From an uncultured Verrucomicrobiae bacterium (lineage in GTDB: Bacteria > Verrucomicrobiota > Verrucomicrobiia > Chthoniobacterales > JAATET01): 64,000 nucleotides of DNA. Under the pieces are notes generated by a model. The model saw only the letters and a list, made by a program, of their open reading frames with translations, did no database searches and had not been told where the DNA came from. Numbering within the stretch: the stretch's first letter is position 1; each line of letters begins with the position of its first letter. Of this stretch, positions 31,401 through 37,968 are shown in pieces. Location: NCBI GenBank assembly GCA_963803825.1, contig CAWDOJ010000001.1:151102-215101 (forward strand), in the 5' to 3' direction. Both the position numbers and the translations under genes were made by a program.

Positions 31401-34400
31401 TCGCGCCGCTATCCACAGCTAACCCGCCCGAGACGTCGATGAGGCTGCCCGGTCGCAGGACGGCGTCAAATGCCTCGATGCGCACCGACCCACCATCCGT
31501 GAGCAACGGAACACCGAGGCGGGTCGGCGATTCGAAACGATCATCAATTTGCAGCCCCGCCGCCGAGATCCGCCCGCCCGAACCGAGGGTGAAGCGCCCC
31601 CGATCCGGATCGAGATCCGGCAGGACAAAATCCTCGGACAACGGATCGCTCTGGCGGATGACGGCCTGAAATGGCGAAAATTTAAAAGCCGTCAGCTCCA
31701 CGGTCCCGGACGGCGCGCTGATCGTGCCGAGGACGTTGATGTTGGCTGCCCGCACAACCAGCGAGCCACCCGCCGGGGCATTGATGGCGACCCCGCGCGG
31801 GATCAAGGCGTCGCCGTCGGGGTTGTCGACCGTGAGCGAACCGAAGTTCGAGTCACTCAGGAGATCCGGGGCGAGGAAAACAAAACTTCGCCGATTCTCC
31901 TGCAGGGAGATTTGCTGGGTCGGATCGGACTCAATGAACGGGTTGTTCTCGGGGTCGACGAGAAACGGCGTGCCCTCCCGCGAGAAAGCGAGCGGGCGAC
32001 CCCCGGAATCGACCGCGAAGGGATCGGGCGCGGCCTGGGTCCGGTCCGCAAACACGATGCGCGGCGGTGCGGGCGAGATCGCCGGAGGCGCTGGCAGCAG
32101 CGGGTAGTTGGTCTGGTCTTGCGACTGGAAGGACAGCGACAGACTGGCTGCGGTCGGTGGGGTGCTCGCGCCCTGAGCATCCCGCAGCTGACGCGGGCCG
32201 ATGACGGTGCGCCCCGCCAACGTGCCGTCTAGCGCGACCGCCGGGGCTTGAATCGCAATCCGACCGCCAGCCGCCCCCTCGATGTAGGACGAATCGAAGA
32301 ACGCTCCGTCGAACGTGAGCGGACGGCGGAACGACCGGATGATGCCGTATTTTTCGTTCACCGTCGTCGTAGTGTCCGAGAACAATCCGTCGTAGACCCG
32401 GTCCGGCGTCGCGTCAGCGATGTCGATGAGTTGGCCTCCAAAGACGAGCCGGGTCGTCCGAACGAAGCCACCTTCGTTCCGGCGGTAGCCACCCGAGACG
32501 TCCACGGTGGCAGCCCGCTCGAGGACGACCGAGTCGCCCGCCGTCATGGTCACCGTCCCGCCGTCGGCGGTCAGCTGACCGACGTTGCGCTGGATGAGTC
32601 CGACGAAGCCGGACGCGTCGCCGAGCGGCGTTCCGACGAATGCCTGCCCGTTGAACGTCCCGGTGCGCCGCGCGTCGATGGTGACCGTCTGCCCCCGGAC
32701 CAGACCGTCGCGCTGCAGCGGTGAGTCGGCGAGCTCGGCGCCACGCAATTCGATGTCGAGGATGTTCTGAGCGAGCGGAACGAAGACCTCCGGAGTGCCC
32801 GCAACATCGATCAACGCTCCCGGTGCCGCTCGGATGATACCGCCGAAACTCGTGAAGGTCGATGGCCGCTGACTGGTCGGATCGACGTCCCACGTTCCGG
32901 CATTGACGACGACGTCCGCGTTCGGCGCAAAGACGGTGGCTTGGCGGTCGAGGAAGACCGCTTGCCCGGTGAGGTCGACGAAGGACCGCAGCGCGAGCGA
33001 AGTCCCGATGACGGTGTCGATGCTGTCGTATTCCGGAACGATACGGGTGACGCTGGACGGACCGAGGCGAATCGTGCCGGCCTCGCGGAAGAGGAACGAG
33101 CGTCCATTCGACGGGATGGCGGCATCAAAATTTGGATTACTAATCGCGTCGTAGTTGGCGAGCAAGTCGACGCGTCCGTTGAAGGAGACCGACGTCGAGC
33201 TGTCGATCACGCCGAGCTGCTGGACGTCGCGCCCCGTCATCACGACGCTCGCGCGGGCGGCGCTGATGAGGCCGGAGTTCGTCGCGGTGCCGGCGTAGGG
33301 CAGCGCGATGGAACCAGGCTCTTGAACTGAGCCGACGAAGACGTCGAGGCCGCGCAAGGTCGGGTCGGTCGTGTCGTGAGCCTCGATGCCGACCTGCAGT
33401 CCAGCGGCGAGGATCGCCTGGCCGCCGTCCGTGGAGATGGTGCCGGAGTTCGTCACGTTAGCGCCGACGAGCATCACGCGGCCACCGATGCCCTCGGGCG
33501 AGATCGGACTCGTGAGCCGCGCACCCGCGCGCACCTCGACCCCTCCGACGCGACCAGTCGGAGTCAAGTTCGTCGGTGGCGTGAAGGCCGGGGTGCCCTG
33601 CGATCCGGCGGGCATCGCGATGGACGAGAACAGGAACTGACCATCGGGATTGTTCAGGATACCCCGCCGAACGAGGCCCTCGTTCACCGGGAGCGACGAC
33701 GCGACCAGCGTGTGCGTGTTCACCTGGCTCGTGCCGCCGAAAATGATTCCGTTCTGGTTGATGACGTAGACTTGGCCCTCCGCCCGGATCGAACCAAGGA
33801 TCTGACTCGGCGCGCCGGATGGGTCCATGATGCGGTTGAAGGCGATCCAGTTCGTGACGTTGTCGCCGCCGTTGCGCTGGTTGAAAAAGACCGTCGTCTT
33901 CTTCCCGACGTTGAACGTCTTCCACGTCAGGAAAGCCTGCGCTTCTGTCTGTTTGATGGTGACGATGGTCTTGCCGTCCTTTGTCCGTTTCTGCTTGGGG
34001 AGCTTCGCGCCGGTCCAGAGGTCGAGATTCTCGCCCTCCTCGGGTCGGCGGAGGTTTTTCGGCACGCCAGGGGCGGTGTTGAGGCCGTTTTCGCGGAGGC
34101 CGTTGGGCACGTTGGGGAGCCGGGGCGTGCCGAGCCGTTGATTCAACTCGTTGGGGAGCGGGATCCGCTTGAAGTTTGGGTTACGCCCGAGGTTGTTGCC
34201 TGGTTTGTTGGCGGCGGCGGCTCGGGCCGCAGCCTGCATCTGCTTGACGGACTGCATCGCCTGCGTCGTGCGCGAGAGACGGTCCTTGGCGTTCTGGCGG
34301 GCCGCAGCGGCGGCGGCGTCGCCGGCACCGGCCGTCCCGTCGGCGGGATTGCGCCGCGACGCTTGTCCAGCCCCGGCTCCGCCGCGCAGCAGGTCGCCAC

Positions 34401-34467
34401 CAAACGCCGTCGCGCCCGCGAGGAACCCGCAGGCGAACAGACGTAGGACGAAGACGCGACGAACCAT
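22495..34467 (-). CDS. giant (3,990 aa) filamentous-haemagglutinin-family TpsA exoprotein
   Basis: Signal peptide. TPS / haemagglutination-activity domain at about nt 33480-33960: FLTWKTFNVGKKTTVFFNQ...NRIMDPSGAPSQILGSIRAEGQVYVINQNGIIFGG...ILNNPDGQFLF. More than 3,000 aa are G/S/T/A/V/L/D/R-rich beta-helix-like sequence. C-proximal GDVDLIAPVGVVDAGDAGIR and FVVEVVGYGGG, then an acidic repeat tail. Confidence 0.92.
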   Translation of the reverse strand: MVRRVFVLRLFACGFLAGATAFGGDLLRGGAGAGQASRRNPADGTAGAGDAAAAAARQNAKDRLSRTTQAMQSVKQMQAAARAAAANKPGNNLGRNPNFKRIPLPNELNQRLGTPRLPNVPNGLRENGLNTAPGVPKNLRRPEEGENLDLWTGAKLPKQKRTKDGKTIVTIKQTEAQAFLTWKTFNVGKKTTVFFNQRNGGDNVTNWIAFNRIMDPSGAPSQILGSIRAEGQVYVINQNGIIFGGTSQVNTHTLVASSLPVNEGLVRRGILNNPDGQFLFSSIAMPAGSQGTPAFTPPTNLTPTGRVGGVEVRAGARLTSPISPEGIGGRVMLVGANVTNSGTISTDGGQAILAAGLQVGIEAHDTTDPTLRGLDVFVGSVQEPGSIALPYAGTATNSGLISAARASVVMTGRDVQQLGVIDSSTSVSFNGRVDLLANYDAISNPNFDAAIPSNGRSFLFREAGTIRLGPSSVTRIVPEYDSIDTVIGTSLALRSFVDLTGQAVFLDRQATVFAPNADVVVNAGTWDVDPTSQRPSTFTSFGGIIRAAPGALIDVAGTPEVFVPLAQNILDIELRGAELADSPLQRDGLVRGQTVTIDARRTGTFNGQAFVGTPLGDASGFVGLIQRNVGQLTADGGTVTMTAGDSVVLERAATVDVSGGYRRNEGGFVRTTRLVFGGQLIDIADATPDRVYDGLFSDTTTTVNEKYGIIRSFRRPLTFDGAFFDSSYIEGAAGGRIAIQAPAVALDGTLAGRTVIGPRQLRDAQGASTPPTAASLSLSFQSQDQTNYPLLPAPPAISPAPPRIVFADRTQAAPDPFAVDSGGRPLAFSREGTPFLVDPENNPFIESDPTQQISLQENRRSFVFLAPDLLSDSNFGSLTVDNPDGDALIPRGVAINAPAGGSLVVRAANINVLGTISAPSGTVELTAFKFSPFQAVIRQSDPLSEDFVLPDLDPDRGRFTLGSGGRISAAGLQIDDRFESPTRLGVPLLTDGGSVRIEAFDAVLRPGSLIDVSGGLAVDSGANVSFGDGGAISVLGGRDITFSGLIGGETRLGGELRGFSGVIGGSLAVRSTRVLVSNDGRAREGRLVLTPEFFGAGGFGSFAVSGIGIDATFRIGNFGTFSLEDFVRATDPENPEVYRPAVEIEAGTVLNPIAQNLRAFAVRDEPIRVERRIDRLSDRTPVSLAFSGEGAMDDFLNILTVRSDVVMRNGASITTDPGASVSFTGDTVLLRGSLTAPGGTISVIGADSFPSLNDAPANALTTVLIGPSARLSTAGTVVRTFNPFGNRTGFVLAGGDISISGNIVALAGSVFDVAGASGRFDLAPANARFNDGLINVSADGSPVPINSGLNGPRFTRQVVPTRIDSDAGSITLAGGEQLFSDATLVGKAGGPAALGGSLDVSSGRFYRADEVLRLPTDINLLVSQSDPAIAPFGDDVIFGPLALLKTEDRRNSIGNLVRDGNGNPLDGLGRFTVDHFADRGFDSIGLDGVVSFTDRVRIDAGRQISVADGGVLYAADDVRLRAPYVKLGTTFRPPLQPGDVQLTSVFTLEGSPFFVAPTKGPGRLRVVADLIDIGNLSLQTIQRADFIAPRGDVRGNGTLNIAGRLNFRAGQIYPTTGSNFTVVAYDHAGKEANPLASLIPDGQPSLPLPRIEVLRPGRVTFDVSGAPRLPLSAGGDLQVYGSVIRQGGTLLAPFGRIRIGYDGVGTPPADRLAGTALPFPTTNRLVVENGSLTSVSGLDPRTGEALLVPFGLNFNETSLIDPAGFDFTANGLPAKTTILGGQRLATQGGSQIDIRGGGDLFSYRFNVGQGGSVDLLGSAADQWSTSESYDLGDLVIFNGRTYSARRDTPDAPRSISTITGSVNQREFTVPVPGRTLFWTEVADSFAVIPDYSARFAPFAPFAPSARDEPLGNDPGYVSRGLSVGDRILLNASPALAAGEYTLLPRRYALLPGAVLVTPRTADGGLRTLARPDGASLVAGARLSNLGGGREASAVASSFEVASADVFRARAEYQDYSANAFLRQRASELDLDTLQRLPVDSGSLQFAGIEALRLRGAVASLAPVGGRGSRIDVSTPLNVLISGGGLAAEDANLPPDFFNVGTFGDRLSRTAVLRSNLLSSWGAASLLIGGTRTDVANGTLVTVDTGSLTVQNRGASLRGPEIILAANRFINVAPGSSIVQVGELSEDAQRLIFFGDGTMVRVSADFAADSLRRDVTDSVVPQLTVGRGAELRGTSITLDSTSGTTLARRADLRARASTLNSGQISIGLRGSGRIAPTRGLVLEGPVLRGLRGAEFLSLLTYSTLDVYGAGHVDVRGDLELPRRRDPRVQCGWWTGRFFGQQHPPRQRGNRDRTRRNGPRTRWPDRLPGTPGYARGERRLDSELPVDAVGCPSGIRLQDAGALSVSGNLKATTSVVTAARSASRTITAGGKVEFLEANNAQSARRASNLGGSLTIEGTSLVLNSDILLPSGLLTARSRNGDVEVGGMINTGGRAVDFFDVTRFTNAGRVELVSVGGSVRLGEESLIDVSANRAGGDAGVLTIRALDGSFEFAGDVQGAGGRRGDGGSFVLEVGRLPELDEVDELLNAALFNELRDFRIREGNVTVNGAPVARNYFVTADGGSIRLNGSIDASGRTGGTVALRASGNVILATDSRIDVAARRFDSAGKGGAIFLEAGGQTNGVIDRAAVLRLENGSTIDLSVAANREGSAARGRFSGTLHLRAPQFADQSDVQIDPILATITGAPRITVEGYQLYDLTAENPTNGSLSNTLRNQIRADGEVFAGVAGDPASPTYAAMLARLSGENAELASALIIQPGAEVIHRTGDLTLGSAFSNNSQDWNLAGFRFGPRSAPGALTLRAAGDLILFNSISDGFESAFYTARLLEFNPALPANAQSYAFRFTAGADSSSADFRSVQSLASLFRTTSLAGGGGQQTEVGSIRLGKNGGTNSSTFPGANARTADLARSLFQVIRTGSGDIDVSAGRDIRLLNHFATIYTAGTQVADPTLGGTYDVPLLNSFGGSNLGTTQQRPSSIPSFSLAGGSVRLNAGRDIIHLTQTPLGAFIPDSQQQLPTNWLYRTGFVDPETGLYGGSIFDRPDQPQILSTAWWVDFTNFFQGVGALGGGNVSLIAGRDVTNVDAVVPTNARSPKGLPDADATVELGGGDLLVRAGNNIDGGVYYVERGRGELVADNQITTNSTRTPSLGALSFRAPLAPETWLPTTLFLGKGGFDVRARGDVLLGPTVNAFLLPQGFNNTYRFKTYFSTFAPTSEVDVRSLGGSVTLRQRAVLPQSGLTASSSPILQLWYQNVLQFDFFGSTASFSRPQLRLAESDVTAFNRVTALNAPALRATSFSSDINVVGDLTLAPSSTGTLELLAGGSINGLQKQGLATVDGQAVNVFGTSQILVSDADPAAIPGIASPFAIQSLPGIGTSSAASVSTLDFLDFVNVLFQESGSPNQALEQKRAQHAPDILHSEDTSPLRAYAKSGGLTGFSLFSPKFARILAAEDITDVSFYIQNAGSDDISVVSAGRDLIPNNANAPTRSGAVLPGNVLALASQTPLAGDLQITGQGTLEVIAGRTLDLGTGANNPDGTGVGITSIGNARNPSLPFDGAGLVVAAGIGPASSLLASNLNFATFIEEYGIGGEGGSPVTTTFDGLVGKDFESLTSEQRSFVALDVFFRLLRDTGRDFNDPTSPGFGNYDSGFAAIDALFGDVRYDGDLITRARDIRTRSGGDIRLLAPGGELRLAATLQAGTLAPPGVITEAGGNISIFTDGDVDVGIGRIFTLRGGNQIIWSSTGNIAAGASAKTVQSAPPTRVLLDPSSAAVTTDLAGLATGGGIGVLATVAGVPPGDVDLIAPVGVVDAGDAGIRATGSVSIAATVILNASNIAAASSNVPAPAPAVSSAPSIGALTTASNAAGAASNTADNFANRQDNGPTRREEAPSIFVVEVVGYGGGASGPTDRDDRDDRDDNEDNEDNEDNEDNEDGPSAPANP
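22522..22593 (-). repeat. in-frame 9-bp tandem repeats encoding (RDD)x3-(NED)x5 at the TpsA C-terminus
   Basis: gtcctcgtt x5 (22522-22566), then gtcgtcgcg x3 (22567-22593). Confidence 0.9.
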
Positions 34468-34481
34468 CGGGGCCGGGGCGG

Positions 34482-35372
34482 CTATTCCTGCGGCAGGAGT
34501 TCGCCGAGTTTCATCTCGTTGATTGCGACCGGATTCACTTGGAGAAGTTGCGCCACGTATTCCTGGCTATTCTCCTGCGCCTTCGCCTGCCGCATGCGGG
34601 CGACAAGCGCCTCGCGGACCTCGGGGAGTTCCGGGGTGTGGGCGGGCTTGGTCTCGAGGACTTTCACGATGTGGAAGCCATCTTCGAGCTGGACGGCGGG
34701 CGAGACTTTGCCCGCGTCGAGCTGGCCGATCTGCTCACGGATGCCGGGCTGGATCTGCGCCTCGGTAAGCCAGCCGATCTCTCCGCCATTGGCCGCGCTC
34801 TGGGGCTCGTCGCTGCGGGCCTTCGCGATGGCCGCGAAGTCGGCTCCAGATTTGGCGAGGCTGGCCTGGATCTCGTCGATTTTGACCTTGGCGACGGCGG
34901 TTGCTTCCTGGTTCGCGTCACGCGGCAGGGCGACGAAGATCTGCGCTAGGCGGACCTGATCGGGGACCTGGAGGGCACCCTTGTTTTCGTTGTAGGCCGT
35001 GGCCACTTCGGCGTCGGTGGGGTAGCTCTCGGGCGGCTCGGATTTATCGGCGAGGTAAGCTTGGGTGACGAGCCTTTCGCGGAGCTGGACGAGCTGCTCG
35101 GTGACGGCGGGCGTCTCATCGAATTTCTCCGCGATCGCGGTGTCCAGCACGAGTTGCTCGACGACGAGCGAGCGGACGAACTGATTGAGCAACGCGGGAT
35201 TATCCCGGAGCGCTGCTTTCTCCTGATCGTTCAACGCCGCGATGCGCGGCTTGATGTCCGCTGCGGTGATCTCGATGTCGCCGGCGCGGGCGACCGGCTC
35301 GGCGGCGTGGAGGGTGAGGGATCCCGCGATCAGGATCGCGGCGGTGATTGGGGTGTGGATACGGATTTTCAT
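34482..35372 (-). CDS. periplasmic parvulin-type peptidyl-prolyl isomerase (SurA/PpiD-like chaperone)
   Basis: Signal peptide and a SurA-N-like helical region. Rotamase domain: VRLAQIFVALP...SDEPQSAANGGEIGWLTEAQIQPGIREQIGQL..GKVSPAVQLEDGFHIVKVLE. ATGA overlap with the upstream gene. Confidence 0.85.
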   Translation of the reverse strand: MKIRIHTPITAAILIAGSLTLHAAEPVARAGDIEITAADIKPRIAALNDQEKAALRDNPALLNQFVRSLVVEQLVLDTAIAEKFDETPAVTEQLVQLRERLVTQAYLADKSEPPESYPTDAEVATAYNENKGALQVPDQVRLAQIFVALPRDANQEATAVAKVKIDEIQASLAKSGADFAAIAKARSDEPQSAANGGEIGWLTEAQIQPGIREQIGQLDAGKVSPAVQLEDGFHIVKVLETKPAHTPELPEVREALVARMRQAKAQENSQEYVAQLLQVNPVAINEMKLGELLPQE

Positions 35373-35989
35373 TGTCTGATCTTTTGTTCGGTGAGGTCGT
35401 CGCCGTAGTCCTGCATGAGGTTCTGAAATTTCACCCGCGTCGTGCCGATGAAGGGTTCGCGGGTGGTGAGGGCGTCACCGAGGCCAAAGCCTTCGTAGCG
35501 GTCGAGGATCTCTTTGCCGACGGCGTAGAGCTTGCGGTTGGTCTCGGCGTATTCATCGTTCCGGCGCTGGAGGAGGACCGCCTTCCCGGCGAGATCGGCG
35601 CGCTTCGCCTCGGTCGCTTGGGCGTATTCGGTGAGCGCTCCGTAGGATTTTTTCCATTTAGCGAGGGCCTCGATCTGCTTGGCGTTTCGCGCGTCCTGCT
35701 GGGCAACTTCTTTCTCGAGTTCGCCGATCCGGTCGGCGGCCACCGTGCTTTCGTCGGCGGACTTTTTCTCCAGCTTGGCCAACTTGGTCTCGAGCGTCTT
35801 GATCTGATTCTCGTTCTGGAGCTGGGTGCCTTGCAGCGCCGCGATCTGCCCCTGGGCGTCGCGGAGCTGGACGAGGGTGCTCTTGAGCTGATCGCGGAGT
35901 TGGATCTCGGCTTCGGTCGGTCCGTCCTGGGCGAAACTGGTCGCCGCAATAAAGCCCGCGAAGAAGAGACTTGGTAGAAAACGGTGCAT
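35369..35989 (-). CDS. periplasmic coiled-coil protein (DUF3450/TtpB-like TonB-system accessory, tentative)
   Basis: Signal peptide, then a long heptad-like helix (LRDQLKSTLVQLRDAQGQIAALQGTQLQNENQIKTLETKLAKLEKK). Position next to exbB/exbD/tonB mirrors TonB2-type clusters. Confidence 0.65.
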   Translation of the reverse strand: MHRFLPSLFFAGFIAATSFAQDGPTEAEIQLRDQLKSTLVQLRDAQGQIAALQGTQLQNENQIKTLETKLAKLEKKSADESTVAADRIGELEKEVAQQDARNAKQIEALAKWKKSYGALTEYAQATEAKRADLAGKAVLLQRRNDEYAETNRKLYAVGKEILDRYEGFGLGDALTTREPFIGTTRVKFQNLMQDYGDDLTEQKIRQ

Positions 35990-35990
35990 T

Positions 35991-37946
35991 TTAGAATCGG
36001 GCGTTGAGGTCGAGTTGGAAGCGGTCTTCGCGGAGCTGCGGTCCGGCGATGCTCTCGCCGCTCAGGTAACTGGCGGTCAGCCACACGTTCTTGGACAGGG
36101 CGACACTGCCGCTGACGGTGTAGCCCTTGAGGTTCGTACCGCCGCCGCCGAAGTTGGAATCGTTAAAGCCGTCCACGACAGAATCCGATTCCACGTAGCG
36201 GTAGCCGAAGCCCACGTTCCAGTCCCACCGGTTCGCCAGATTCGCCGTGCCGACGTCGACGCCGACGATCCACGCGTTGCCGCCGCCGATGAAATCGCCG
36301 ACGTCCGAAAGGTCGTCGGGATCGATGTCGCCGCGATTGTTGACGGCGATGTCGTTGATGGCGCCGCTGTCGAACGCGAGGTTCTTGACGTAGTCGCCGA
36401 AGACCGAGATCACGACCGGCTCGAAGTAAGTGAGACTCAAGCGGCTGGCGAACGCGAGGTTCTGAAACTCCGTCGCGAGGCCGTAATATTGAAACTGGTT
36501 CGTCGTGCCGAAGTTGTTCGCTTCGGTGGGGACGATGTTGCGGATCGGGCGGTAGGTATTTCCCTTCTGGGCGAAGAGCGGACGACTGTTGTCGGTGCTG
36601 CCGGCATCGTTGGCATCGAGCGGCACGTAGGGGTCCGAGAGTTGCCCCTCGATGTTGTCGAAGTAGAAATACCCGAGCGCGGTCGTGACGTTCACGTGTT
36701 TGGTGACGTCCCAGTCGAGGCCGCCCTGGATCGCGTAGAGGTATTTGTCGTAACTCTCGATCTTGTCGGGCGAGTTGCTCGGGAAGTCGAAAGCGGTGTT
36801 GAAGATCGGGAACAGACCCGCCGAGACGAACGGCGTGAAACCGAAGCCGACGTCGTAACGGGCCTGCGCCGCGATCCCGTCGAAGGCGATGTCGTTGTCC
36901 CACATGATCTGCGACGTGCGGAAAAATGGATTGTCGAAGCGTCCGAACTCGAGGCCGATGGTGCGGTCGATGTCCTGCGTCAGCTCGTATTTGATGAAGG
37001 CACGGTCGATCCAGATCGAGTATTTCTGGAAGTTTCCGTCGGGCGATCCCAGCGTTTGGTTGGCGGAAACCGGGGAGTTGCTGTTGCCGGAAGCCAACCG
37101 GAATCCGAAGGTAAACCCCTCGTCGAGCGTGACCTCCGCTCCCAAGCGCAGGCGGAGCCGGACGCGGTTCCGATTTTCACTCACGTTGAGCTGGGGCGAA
37201 AATTCGTCACCCGTCACGTCAAAGGGTGCCCCGCTGTTGATGGCGTCGAAGTTGGGGAAGACCCCGGAGTCGTCGTTCCCGCTCGGGAACCGGACGCCTT
37301 CGTAGCGGAAACGAACGTCGGCAAACGGGCGGACGTTGCGGACCCAATCTGGGACGAAGGATTCGTCCTGAAGGAGTTCCAGCTTCGTTGCCGCCAGGAC
37401 GTCTTCCTGGATCTCGTCGCGGATCTGGTTGCGCACGAAGCTCGGCACGTAGGTCACGCGCACGGCGTCGTCGGTCGGCGGCGGGGGAGTCGCGGCGATG
37501 AGCGTGTCGGCGGCGGCGTTCGTCTCGGCGATGGCCTGCGTGGCCTGCGCGTCGCGAGCCCGCGCGATCTCGGCGTCCATTTCCGCCTGGGCGATGAGCT
37601 CGGCGGCGTCTTCCTGGGTGAGCACGCCCTTGTCGACGAGACGGTTGATGAGGTTGATCGTCACGCTGTGCGAAGGGGACGGCAGGGTCTGACTTCCAAC
37701 TACGCGGTCCGGAGAAAAGTCGGGTGGGTTGAGCAGGTCGGGCGCGGCGGTGAGATCGTAATCGAGGTCTCCCATCGGCAACGGCTCCTCGGAGACATCG
37801 ACCGTCTCGGTGCGCTCGGAGGTCACGGTCTCGATGGGCACACTCTCCGAGGCAGTCGTGATGTCTGCCGACGTCTGCGCGCGAAGCGGAGCTAGGATCG
37901 CTAGGATGGCGAGCGCGGCGGGAATGAGCGGGTGGTCGGATATCAT
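35991..37946 (-). CDS. outer-membrane beta-barrel, putative porin family, with about 200-aa N-terminal extension
   Basis: Signal peptide. N-terminal acidic/helical region (LINRLVDKGVLTQEDAAELIAQAEMDAEIARA). Alternating beta-strand pattern ending in the OMP signature ...RFQLDLNARF. No TonB-dependent-receptor plug motifs seen. Confidence 0.72.
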   Translation of the reverse strand: MISDHPLIPAALAILAILAPLRAQTSADITTASESVPIETVTSERTETVDVSEEPLPMGDLDYDLTAAPDLLNPPDFSPDRVVGSQTLPSPSHSVTINLINRLVDKGVLTQEDAAELIAQAEMDAEIARARDAQATQAIAETNAAADTLIAATPPPPTDDAVRVTYVPSFVRNQIRDEIQEDVLAATKLELLQDESFVPDWVRNVRPFADVRFRYEGVRFPSGNDDSGVFPNFDAINSGAPFDVTGDEFSPQLNVSENRNRVRLRLRLGAEVTLDEGFTFGFRLASGNSNSPVSANQTLGSPDGNFQKYSIWIDRAFIKYELTQDIDRTIGLEFGRFDNPFFRTSQIMWDNDIAFDGIAAQARYDVGFGFTPFVSAGLFPIFNTAFDFPSNSPDKIESYDKYLYAIQGGLDWDVTKHVNVTTALGYFYFDNIEGQLSDPYVPLDANDAGSTDNSRPLFAQKGNTYRPIRNIVPTEANNFGTTNQFQYYGLATEFQNLAFASRLSLTYFEPVVISVFGDYVKNLAFDSGAINDIAVNNRGDIDPDDLSDVGDFIGGGNAWIVGVDVGTANLANRWDWNVGFGYRYVESDSVVDGFNDSNFGGGGTNLKGYTVSGSVALSKNVWLTASYLSGESIAGPQLREDRFQLDLNARF

Positions 37947-37968
37947 GAAGTCGTTCTGAGTCGTTTCG

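Noticed and set aside
33376-34446. 356-aa plus-strand ORF antisense to the 5' end of tpsA
   Set aside because: It is R/D/G-rich. The TPS domain on the minus strand is unmistakable.
22495-34467. Interpretation of the giant gene as a CdiA contact-dependent-inhibition toxin with a downstream immunity gene
   Set aside because: There is no VENN-type pre-toxin motif (the only near match is VENG, within VVENGSLTS). No discrete toxin domain is recognisable, and the downstream genes are a Sel1 protein and an anchored disordered protein rather than a small immunity protein.
36015-37895. 626-aa plus-strand ORF antisense to the porin-like OMP gene
   Set aside because: The translation is R/V/D/G-rich junk. 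The minus-strand product has a signal peptide, beta-strand periodicity and a terminal aromatic residue.
35991-37946. Interpretation of the 651-aa OMP as a canonical TonB-dependent receptor
   Set aside because: It has no plug-domain motifs and is too short for a 22-strand TBDT. It looks like a porin-family barrel with an N-terminal extension. It is kept only as a possible non-canonical TonB client.
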